64,000 nt of DNA from Hyaloraphidium curvatum SAG 235-1 (Eukaryota; Fungi; Monoblepharomycota), in contig JAIVFI010000014.1 in assembly GCA_025558095.1 (NCBI GenBank), forward strand, positions 682,001-746,000, given 5' to 3'. A model generated the notes under the pieces. It was not told where the DNA came from, did no database searches, and saw nothing but the letters and a program-made list of their open reading frames with translations. The translations under genes were made by a program, and so were the position numbers. Shown here piece by piece: positions 33,617-43,638 of this stretch (its first letter is position 1; each line of letters opens with the position of its first letter).

Positions 33617-36073
33617 TCAGAGCTTGGCCTTGCCCGCGTTGAGGATCTTCCACTCCGCCTGCCCGTACGGCAGGTACGCCTGCTCCCCAGGGGGCATCCA
33701 ATACTGGCGGTCCTTGATCTTGTTGGGGTCGCAACCGTCGTTCTGAAGGTCGACCTTGCGATGCTTGTGCGTGCCCGTCACCTCGAGCTCTCCGTCCTGC
33801 ACGCGGAGGAATCTCGGGACGGCTGCGCGCAGTCAGTCGCTCAGCACTGCTCGTCGGCTCGCGATCCGAATGACCCACCGTAGTGCGGCAGCCGCTCCGA
33901 GACCCACTTGCCCAACTCCTTCATGGCCGCCTTCTCCTTGGGCCCGCCCAGGTCCGCGACCGAGGCGTCCAGCCGCACCACGGCCGCGCCGATCCGGCCG
34001 TCCGACTGTGGAGGGGGGAGCTTGATGCCGTAGACATTGCATTCGCTGATGGCCGGGTGCGTCATGACAAATGTGCCGACTTCAGTCGTCTGTGACGCGA
34101 AAGACGGGTGAGCTCGCAAAAGACAGATCGCGATGCCGGGCAGCTCACCGAGACGTTTTCGCCCTTCCAGCGGAAGGTGTCGCCTATCCGGTCCTGGAAA
34201 AACACAGGAATCAGGGATCAACTCGAGCAATAGATAGATGCTGCTACTCACGACGAAGAAGAGCCATCCGGGATACTCTCTGCGCAGCAAGTCGCCTTGC
34301 CGGAGCCACCTGTCGCCCTTTTCGAAGCAGTCCGTGAGAACCTGTTGGAAGGATGACAGTCCCCAACGTTACGGAAAGCACCTATCATGACCACGCCCCG
34401 ACCAACCTTCTTGTTCGTGGCCGCGACGTTGCCGTAGTACCCGCTCCAGTTGTCCACCCCGAGTTTGCTCTTCTCCGGCGGGTCGATCCTCCCGATCATC
34501 TCGCCCGGCTCGCCCCAGTCCGCGGGGATGCAGAACCCGTCCGCGTCCCGCACCGGCAGCTCCGTGTCCGCGTCCCACTTGACAAGCCGCGCGCTGCCGG
34601 CCATGCTGTCGAACAGCGGGCCGATGAAGCCGCACGAGCCCAGGGCGCCGGGAGGGGAGTCGGGGCCGTGGTTCTGGAAGGTGAGGATGTTGCCGTCCGT
34701 GGCGCCGTCTGGGGACGGAAGCACGGGTCAGGAGGGGGAAGGGCAATCATGACGGCGGAACCCACAGAACTCAAAGAGGTGCGGGATTCCGAACCGGTTC
34801 TTGAACTCCATCCAGATGTCGGCGCGCATGCCGTTGCCGAGGCCTCCGCGTATCTGGTGGGCGCGGTCGTACTGCGAGGGAGGGGTACCGACGAGGTAGC
34901 GACCGAGCTGTGGACAAAAAGAACCAGTAATCAGCGCAGTGCCACTGGCAGATTGCTGGTCTCCCTGCCCACCTCGCCAATGTACTGGAAGACGGTCGCT
35001 TTGCTCTCCGCCGCCTCCTTGAAGAAGTTCCGCGCCGAGAACTTGCGCCCGACTTCGACCGCAAGATCAGCTCCGAGCACCCCGCAGACGCTGCGGGCCA
35101 CCCACGGACGAGCGGGATCCCCAGCATCCAGGCCAGCGTGACGCCGATCTGCCCGCTGGAGTGGAAGAGCGGCAGTGTCTGGTAGAACCTGTCCTGCTCG
35201 TTGAACAGGCCGGCGCAGACCCAGGAAAGGTGCGCCGAGCCGGCGCGGGAGAACGGGATGTTGGTCGCCTTGGGCAATCCGGTCGTGCCAGAAGTGTCTG
35301 GTCGGGTTCGAATGAGCGATCCGAAGGCGAAAAGCGACCAGTGCTCCCACAGATCAGGCACATGGTGTCCTCCTTCTTGGTCCCCTCCCGCCTGATCGCC
35401 GGATCCGGCTCCGCGTCGCTGTAGCCGAGCAGGATCTTCTCCGTGATCACCTCCACCTTGCCGCCCCGCTTGGTGATCTCCGACACAACCCTGTCCGCGC
35501 CGCCTTCGTTGTCAAACAGGACGAGCTTGACGGGCTTGGGCCGGTCCAGCAGTTTGTCGAGCGTCTCGAGGACGTGGTCCGCCATGGCCGTCTCGAAGAC
35601 GAGGAGCTCGGGGCCAGCGATGTCGAGGCATCCAAGGAAGCTAGCACCGCGGAGGTTGTAATCTGGTCCGAAGCGACGTGGTCAGCATCAAGACCGCGAA
35701 GGACCCCGTGCCACCCACTCATCCACGCCTGCGCGACCTTGAGCTTGGCCAGCCCGATCTGCACCATGAGGAACTCGGGGCAGTTCTGGAGCAGCATCCC
35801 GGCCATCGCCCCCGGCTTGAGACCCATCCGCTCGCTCATGAAGTGGTAAACGCGGTTCGAGATGGAGTTGAGCTCGCGGTAGCTGAAGACCCGGTGCTGG
35901 TACCACAGGCATTCGGCGTCGGGCTTGACCGCGGCCCAATCGCAGAAGTACTCGATGATGTGGAACTTCTTCTGCTCCCAGCGCCTGAGGATGTGCTCCG
36001 CGAGCTGCTCCGCGCCCTTGAGCGTCCTGAAATCACGCATCTCCGCGTCTATGAGTTCGACCATGTTGTGCAT
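33617..36073 (-). CDS. FAT1: Very-long-chain acyl-CoA synthetase / fatty acid transport protein (Fat1/FATP), multi-exon
   Basis: TSGTTGLPKA, LPLFHS, FQYIGE, GNGMR, DRIGDTFRWKGENVS, TGTHKHRKVDL; ends in AKL. The start may lie further upstream (to about 36317). Confidence 0.92.
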
Positions 36074-36647
36074 CGCCTACGGGGATCGACAGTGACGTCG
36101 CGCGGCACAGAGCGCGGGGCAGAGCGTGGGGCGGATCAAGGCGAGGTGGGAGACGCGCGTTGGTGCGGTGCGGTGTGGGCGGGCGCGTCGGCGTGGGATG
36201 TGCGGGGCGTCAACGCGGAACCGGGACGCACGTCGGAGCGGGGCGAACCTGCGGACCGGCGACGGTTTGGTCGACCGACTTGTTCGAAGGCAGCTTCGGA
36301 GGCCAGGCCGGTGGCATTTTGGCGCGCTCGGAGCAGGCGGACGCGTGGGGGAGGGGACGGAGTTTGCCGCTGGGAGACAGAGGGAGGCGCGACGCCAGCG
36401 CCAACGCCGCGCCAGTCTCCGACCCGACCGAACAGAACACGGACAATTATGCTTGGGCGACATTCTTCTGCGTTCCAGGAGGCCGCAGGGGAACGGATTT
36501 GGCATTTGCGCTCCCAGTTTCGCCTTCGACAAGACGCAGGAAAAGATCATCGTATTGCAAGGCAGTGCACAGGGGCACGCTGCGTACAGAAGACCAAGGT
36601 CAAGATGAACTTCCCGAGAAGCCGCCGCGACGATCGCCATCGGCAGG

Positions 36648-37657
36648 TCACGGCTTCACCGCGACAACCTCGAGGAACTCGGCGTCGACGCGGACCTTCC
36701 CTTCCTCCCCGGCCACGTTGTGCCTAGCCCAGTGCTCCACCAGCTCGGCCTTGAGCTCCCCGCCCTTCTCGCCCAGAGCCTCGAAAGCCTTGACCGTGGG
36801 CCCGTAGTACCGCGCGAAGAAGGCCACGACGTCGGCCGCGGGGAACGGATACTCAAACGGGTAAGGCAGGCGTTCGGTCTTGACCTCCATGCCCGCGAAG
36901 CGGCGCCCGACGGTGGCTTCGTCGCCCCAGAGCACGGGCGACTGCATCATCGGCGAGGGCGGGGCGTGCTTGCCGACGATCTTGAACATCTGGCCGATGA
37001 AACCCTGCGGCGTCCTGCGAGAAGACGGCGATCAGCTGGCGATCCGTGTCCGCAAGGGCGATCGCCTCACCAGTTGCACATGATGATCCTCCCGCCGGGC
37101 TTGCAGACCCTGGCCAGCTCCATGGCGACCTTGTCCCCCCTCGGCGCGAACATGGCCCCGAACATGCTGAAGACCACGTCGAACTCCCCGTCGCCGAAGG
37201 GCAGCTCCTCCGCGTCGCCCTCGACGAACTCGGCCGTGGCGCCCTCCTCCCTGGCCCGCTCACGCGCGCGGGCGACGAGGTTGGGGGCGATGTCGACACC
37301 GGTGACGTCGCAGCTCATCTTGGCGAGGGGAATGGCTGTCTGTCCGGCGCCGCACGCGACGTCGAGCACCTTCGTCCCCGCGGGGAACGAGTGCCGCGAG
37401 AGGTAGGCGATCGCGGCCGGGCGCATGTACTCGGCGAAGACGGCGTAGTTGCCCGAGGACCAAGTGGCCTTGAGCTTGGTCTGTGCGGGCCGGGAGGGCG
37501 GGATCAGTGAGAAAAGCTCGCTCGGGCGAGAAGCCACCACCTTGAGCATCGCGAACTCGGGGCTGGCGGAGACGTCCTGCTGCCCCAGCGACGGAGCTGC
37601 CTTTTCCATGGTGGCGGTGACGGGCTCGGGAACGGGGGGGACCTCGACGGGGGCCAT
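36648..37657 (-). CDS. Class I SAM-dependent methyltransferase (UbiE-like)
   Basis: KVLDVACGAG motif I, GVDIAP, GDAEELPF.DGEFDVV.SMFGAMFAP, RVCKPGG; two introns. Confidence 0.9.
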
Positions 37658-38041
37658 GGCGTGGTTGCGGCGCGGGGGGGTAGTGCGGTGCGGTGCGGTG
37701 GAGCTCGGCGCTGACGGGGGGCGGTCAATTCTGGCGCTGCTGGCGGCGGAAGAGCTGCTTTTGCACAGTTTCCCGAGGAAGCCAAGAAGGTGGAGCAGCG
37801 TTCCGTGCAGCGCTGTGGTCGAGAATAGGAGCCGTCGAGTCACCCGAATCATCCGCAACCGCGCAGTGCTGTGCTCCCATCCCCTGGCGGGAAGCCCTGC
37901 CCGACGGCACCTGCTTACCAATCGACGTCTGCGTATTTATGCAGGCGACGACGAAAACTACGGACCGGTGCGGATGGATGGGTGGTCAAGATGGAGATGA
38001 GGGAGTCGGCAGCGCCATCGGTCTGTCGCAGTTCGTCCAAA

Positions 38042-38070
38042 TAGTGTTAACGGCTCGGAGATTGGCACTA
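38042..38070 (+). repeat. Left terminal inverted repeat (including TA)
   Basis: TAGTGTTAACGGCTCGGAGATTGGCACTA. Confidence 0.9.
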
Positions 38071-38169
38071 GTTGTTGGGGAAATAGGCAAAATGCAACTA
38101 GAGAAATCCCCCTCGCCGAGTCCCTTCCCCGCCCGCCGTTCCCAGATCAACTTTGACGTGCCCGCAAAC

Positions 38170-39359
38170 ATGGAGAACACCCAGGCGAGCACCGCAATCA
38201 CGTCATCGCCGCTCGGGAAGCTCCAAAAGTCACGCCTGCGGAAGTGGAGAGACGAGAGCACCCGCATGGCCGCGCTACGCATGCTCCGGGACGGCAGCCC
38301 CATGTCCGCAATCCGACGCACCCTCAAAGTCAGCAAGTCCTGCGTCTACCGCTGGTACAGGCAGTGGGAACAGGAACGCACCCTCAGCTGCAAGAAGCCC
38401 CCAGGACCGGCCCGCAAGTTCACGGACGCGGTGGCAGAGCTCGTCGTCGAGCACCTCGCTCAGCACCCCTCGTCGACTGCCAGGCAGCTCATCGCCGCGA
38501 CGGGCGCCCCGGTGAAAGAGAACGCCATCTACCGGAACCTCCGCCGCCTCGGGATCACCCACAAGAAAGCTGAGGACATGCCTGTCAACTGGCCCACCGC
38601 CGAACACATCGAGGACATCCGCACCTACCTGGAAACCATCGCCACCGTGCCCAAGGAGAAGCGCGTCTACATGGACGAGTCGTTCAGTCACCTCAACGCC
38701 GCCCCTACGCGCGGGTGGGCACGTCGCGGCCGCAAAGTCCGTCGCCACCGCGAGCGCCAGGCCCAGCGCTACATGTTCGCAATCGCAATCCGGCTTGATG
38801 GCCTGGTCCACCCGCCTGCCATATCGCGGGAGAACATGAGCGACGACGTGTTCATGCGGTACGTGCGCGCTCACCTGGTCCCCAACCTGCGGGAGGGAGA
38901 TGTTGTGATCTGGGATCGTCTCGGAAAGGTTCGGGCTCACTCTGGCAGAGAAACGCCTGACTGACTCGGCGATAGGCCGGGCGGGCGAAGAACCCATCCA
39001 AGCAGCACTACAACCCCGAAGCAAAGGCTCTGATCGAGGCAAAGGGCGCGCGCGTGGTGTTCTTGCCACCGAAGGGGAAGCAGTGAGCCCACGGAACATG
39101 CTCAGCGGTAGGGCGTGCTCACCATGCCCTCAGCTTCAACCCGATCGAGTTGTTCTTCGGCAAGGCAAAGAAGCACATTGAGCAGAGCTTTGTGGGCTCC
39201 CTTGCTGATCGGGAAGGGCGCCACCGGCGCGACGGCGAGCTGATCCGTGCCATCATGGAAGGTTGCGCGTCGGTGACCCCCAAGGACATCGCCGGATACT
39301 TCCGTGAGCGCTCAGACGACAGGGCGTTCAAAAAGGAGTATCCCTCCGTCGAATTGTAG
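38170..39359 (+). CDS. IS630/Tc1-family DDE transposase (3 exons)
   Basis: N-terminal HTH (IRRTLKVSKSCVYRW), LRRLGITHKK, YMDES, VVIWD, FLPP...FNPIE. Introns at 38929-38975 and 39083-39133 restore a continuous frame. Confidence 0.92.
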
Positions 39360-39373
39360 CTAAAACACTTGCA

Positions 39374-40009
39374 CTAGAAACGCTCCCTGGGTCCGTTGTG
39401 CCTCTGGCAGCGCGTCGAATCGCAGCAGTGGTAGCACTTCTGCTGCCGGCAGGCGATGGCTGCCAACTCTCCGCAATCGCACACAGGCCCATCCTGATCG
39501 CTGTCGTCGTCGTCCGAGTTGTAGCCACGGGCCTCCCTTTCGCGTTGCGCCGCCTCGCGCTCGGCCTTCCTTTCCTCGTCTCGCCAGCACTTCTCGCACC
39601 TGCCATCGTCCATGCAGAAAGAACACCTATCGCACGTCGCACACTGAACGTCCGAGATACAGTTCTCGCAACCCCAGTCACAGCAGTCGTCGTAGCAGAA
39701 GATCCGGAAGTCCTCCCACACCGGCTCGCCGCATTCGCAACGATGGATCTCCTCCAAAGTATCGTTTATGACGTCCTCAGTCCTTTCCGTGGAGGGCTTG
39801 CTCAACCAGGCGCCGCGAGACGCTTCCAGGATGGCCTTGTTTGAAAAGGAGAAGCGAGCCGCTGCGACGGTATCCGCCGCGTCGCGCGACCGCAAAAGGG
39901 CACGAACGATGGCCTCCAGCACCTCCAGGGGCATGGAGGTGAGCGTGGGCGCGGCGGGAGCGGCGGGCGCGGAGCTCTGGTCAGGCGCAGGGTCCGTGTT
40001 GTCCGGCAT
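39374..40009 (-). CDS. Transposon cargo: F-box-like protein with Cys-rich zinc-binding C-terminus
   Basis: TLTSMPLEVLEAIVRALL F-box-like start; CECG..C..CC..C..C..C..C..C..C and CDCG...C..C.HCC...C..H clusters. Confidence 0.65.
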   Translation of the reverse strand: MPDNTDPAPDQSSAPAAPAAPTLTSMPLEVLEAIVRALLRSRDAADTVAAARFSFSNKAILEASRGAWLSKPSTERTEDVINDTLEEIHRCECGEPVWEDFRIFCYDDCCDWGCENCISDVQCATCDRCSFCMDDGRCEKCWRDEERKAEREAAQREREARGYNSDDDDSDQDGPVCDCGELAAIACRQQKCYHCCDSTRCQRHNGPRERF

Positions 40010-40314
40010 GGTGGGCGCCACAGGCAAGCCCTCCACAGTGTTTGCGCGCTCAATTCCGCTCAATTCCATTACAGACAGGCGGCGGAAAAGGCTTTATGGC
40101 TTTCTGGCGTGTTTCGTAATCGAACGGAGGAGAATGTTCGATCAGTTTCCATCAGATTCCGCTTGCGCAAGCGCGGCCTATTTGAGGGCGCGCACCCCCG
40201 GTCTTCCCCTCATCACTGCCACACCCCCGGCGCCCGCGGTGAGTCCCGGCGCCCGTCCGCCGCGCCTGGATAAGTTTCGGTGCTGATACTCATAGCAGGG
40301 CGCGCGGCGAGGCC

Positions 40315-43300
40315 ATGGCAGGGCGCAAGCGACCAGGTTTTGCCGGGCCTTCCGGCGGCCCCGGTCCCCCCGGCGACTACGACGACGAGCACGACCCCGG
40401 CGAGGGCTCCTCCACCAACCCACCGCCGCCCAAGAAACGCAAACCGCGCGCGGACCTCGTCGTCGGCCCCGACGGCGCGCTCCTGCCGTTCCCCATCGCC
40501 ACCAAGGGGCCATGCGACCAGCTCATCTGCACCAACGCGGACCACTGGCGCGACGCCAAGCTCCACGACGGCGACACCTGCGAGCTAGAGATCTGCGGCT
40601 CAACCACCCACCATCCCGGCCACCATTTCGTGATCAGCGACCCCCGACTGCCTGTCACGTGCGAGAAGTGCGGCGGAGACCACCACACCGCCGTGCACGA
40701 CGAGCTCCAGCGCAAAGATGGCAAGGATCTCGTCGATTGTGACGTCTGCGGCGGCCAGGGGCACCTTCCCGTCGCGCATGAGCATCCCTGCCGACACATC
40801 CTCTGTCTCGGACACTTCGATCCAACGCACCAGCACGACTACATCGACGCGGACAACCCAAAGAGCTGCGGCCCCCTTCTCGCCCTCTGTGGAAGCGTCA
40901 ATCACTCCGACGGCGCGCACCTCACCAACGACGTGCGGCCCTTGTTCTGCACGGTCTGCGGCTCCAGCGACCACGCCTCCAAGCAGCACGACGCCGCCAT
41001 CACGTTCATGCACAACAGCGGCGACAATGCATGTGGACACGTCGGGCACAATCGCATTGGCGAAAAGTGCCTGTTTAGGTCCAATGATCTGAGGCAGCTG
41101 ACGCCGAAGCAGACCTTGGAGAGGGAACTTGGACCTGACGCCGAGAACGCAACGGTGGTGATGGCCCTACAGGCGTTCACGCGCTTGCCGTCGCGGCGGA
41201 AGCACGATCCCGTCCCCGCCGAAGGGTCGCAGGAGGATCTGGATGAGGACTTTGCCATTGAGCTCCTGGCAACGATCGACGATGCCGAGCGCAGGACCAC
41301 GCGCCTCATGGCGACCGCTTCCCTCTTCCTGGACCTGCTCTTCAAGCACTGCCGTGATTCCGCCCTACCGTTTCCGGAAGTGAACCAGACACTGCTCTGG
41401 CAGATCTTCATTGCGGTATCGGCGGACAGCGGCGGCGTTTCCCACGCCACAGTGCGCTACGTCAAGGAGAAGATCTGGGACCCCCTCGTTGCCGCTCTCC
41501 CTGCGGGAACCTACCAGCGCACGTCTCGGGACGGCTTGACGCAGATTCTCCAGATTACGGCCCTTCAGCATGACACCATTGCCCTGAACCATGTGAACAC
41601 CAACCTGCGAACGCGGGTGCGGAACTACGTGCTCACCCACATCCGCCTGGCGCTCCACGCGGCCGGGCGCTACGGGCGCAATGGCTACGGCCGAAAGGAT
41701 ACGCAGATCATGGCCAGCTACATCACCAACAGCTTGGCGGACTGGGATCCGAGGGAGCACGGAGGTGGTGGTCAGCCGACGTTCACCATTCAGGGCACAG
41801 GGGACTTTGCGGCGGAGCTACGCCTGGACCTCCCCGTTGTCGCCCTCTGCAACGCCACCTTTGAGCACGTGCGCGACGAGATCATCGGCGAAGGGCGCTA
41901 CCTCCACCCCTACTGGGTCAAGAGCAACTGGCAGAAGTGGTGGAGCCCGCTTTTCCGGATCCAGTGTGCGTTCGAGACCTGGCGTGCCCAACTCGCGACG
42001 GACTTGCGCGCTGCCAACCCCACCAACAAAGCCGAGCGCAGGGCATTCTACGATGCGCACCCCATTCGGCCCAAGCAGGTCAAAGCGTTCAACATCCTCC
42101 CCATCTACACGACGGAGGCCAAGTTCATCACCATCGAACGCCAGTCGCTGCACCACATGATCAGCCTCACGCGCAGACGGCTAGGCATGCCCCCGCTGAC
42201 CGAGGCCGCCTACAAGGCAGCGGAGAAAGCGAACCCGCTCGCCTGGTGGGGCCGCTACTTCCGCCCTGAGCTCGTCACCACGTTCCAGCAAGGGCCTTTG
42301 CCGAAGGAGGCCACGAACCGGTTCCCGACGCTGGTTCAGCGCGCGTTCTACTACTCCTTTGCCACCAACGGCATCCAGGCATCCGTTCACGTGCTTACTC
42401 GTCCGCGGGAGAGGGAGCCGGAGCCGCGCTATCCAACTGCACAGGAGCTCATCGACAAGACCATCGTGGCGGGAGACCCGGGCCGCGACGTGATCGTGGA
42501 CGCCTCCTGCGGCGCCATCGACGACACGATCACCAAGAGCCATGTCGTCACCATCACGAACGCCGAATACTACCATGAAGCCGGCTACACGGAGCAGACG
42601 CGCAAGCTCAACGTGCGCAAGAAGCGGGACCGGATCATCAGGGAGATCGAGAGCCAGGCGCCTCTGGCCAAGCCGTTCTCTTTCATGGACACCATCGTTC
42701 ACCTCCGCTACTCGCTCATTCACCTTGCGCGCGTGACTGCTTTCTATGGGACACGCGTTCACCGCAGGTCGCGGCTCTCCCGCTACATCGGCAAGCACCG
42801 CGCGCAGGAGGTGCTCGGCGCCAAGTTCCTGAAGGCGACGGGCGTGCGCGACGCGCGGGACTTGGTTGTGGGGTTCGGGGCAGCCAAGTTCCGGCACAAC
42901 AGCAGGGGGAGCGCGACCGGCCCCAGCTCGTCGCTCCCATGGCTCAAGCGGTTCCTGCGCCGCTACGGCGCCTGGATCACTCCGGACGTCGACGAACACA
43001 ACACGTCGCAAACCTGCCCGTCGTGCACGGGCAAGGTTGCCAAGAGGACACACCGAGGAGGGCACTACCGGGTCAAGGTGAGCCGAACGCGTCTCCCGTG
43101 CCGCGCAGCTTCCAATCTAATCGCCGTGCCTTACAGGATTGCAAAAATCCGAATTGTTTGACCAAGTGCTGGAACCGGGACGTCATGGCAGCGACGAACA
43201 TCCGCACCCTCATCATCTGGATGTCCTGCCACGGGCGGCGGCCTTCCCAGTTCCGCCCGCGGAACGACGGCGGTCCGCAAGACGATCCCGCGTTTGTGGC

Positions 43301-43364
43301 AGAGACCGCGCGCGCCGGGTTCATCAACGCGCACGTGGACCAGATCATGGCGGAGGCGAACTGA
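40315..43364 (+). CDS. Fanzor (eukaryotic TnpB/Cas12-related RuvC endonuclease), about 996 aa, 2 exons
   Basis: RuvC-I IVAGDPG (D at 42475), RuvC-II VDEHNTSQTCPSC (E at 42994), CxxC zinc ribbon completed by CKNPNC after intron 43078-43136, RuvC-III WNRDVMAATNI (D at 43179); N-terminal PPPKKRKPR NLS. Confidence 0.93.
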
Positions 43365-43600
43365 AACGGGTCCGTGTGACCCTCCCATTGTCTCGGCGCG
43401 CAGAACACCTTCGGAGCACGGGAGGCTGGGCTGTGTTATTGCCGCCGGGACGCTCGGTCAAGCTTAGGCTGTCGAGTATGGTAAACGGTATCGGGAGTTT
43501 AAAGAGCACAGCTCTTAGCATTTTTGGTTAGCCGGGGTGCTTAGACGCGATTGTTAGTGCCACTCTCCGAGCCGTTAATACTATAGGCCAATCCCCCACC
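43365..43600 (+). ncRNA. Putative Fanzor omega-RNA (scaffold to the right end, guide from the flank)
   Basis: Non-coding segment between the Fanzor stop and the element end with several complementary stems. Position matches known TnpB/Fanzor omega-RNAs; boundaries are inferred. Confidence 0.55.
43555..43583 (-). repeat. Right terminal inverted repeat (including TA)
   Basis: Reverse complement TAGTATTAACGGCTCGGAGAGTGGCACTA matches the left TIR at 27/29. Confidence 0.9.
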
Positions 43601-43638
43601 GCATCCCACGCACCGGCCCCCACCCCGCCTCCTCCGCG

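Larger units (their letters stand above)
38042..43583 (+). mobile_element. IS630/Tc1-mariner-type TIR transposon carrying Fanzor and an F-box cargo gene
   Basis: 29-bp inverted repeats with 2 mismatches and TA at both outer ends, enclosing a DDE transposase, a cargo ORF and a TnpB-like RuvC ORF. Confidence 0.92.

Noticed and set aside
20803-37657. Possible biosynthetic gene cluster (P450, SDR, acyl-CoA synthetase, methyltransferase)
   Set aside because: No backbone synthase (PKS, NRPS or terpene), and the genes are interspersed with unrelated housekeeping and secreted genes.
40315-43364. Interpretation as Cas12 or bacterial IS605 TnpB contamination
   Set aside because: The gene has a spliceosomal intron and an NLS, there is no CRISPR array or TnpA, and it lies within a Tc1/IS630 TIR element among fungal genes.
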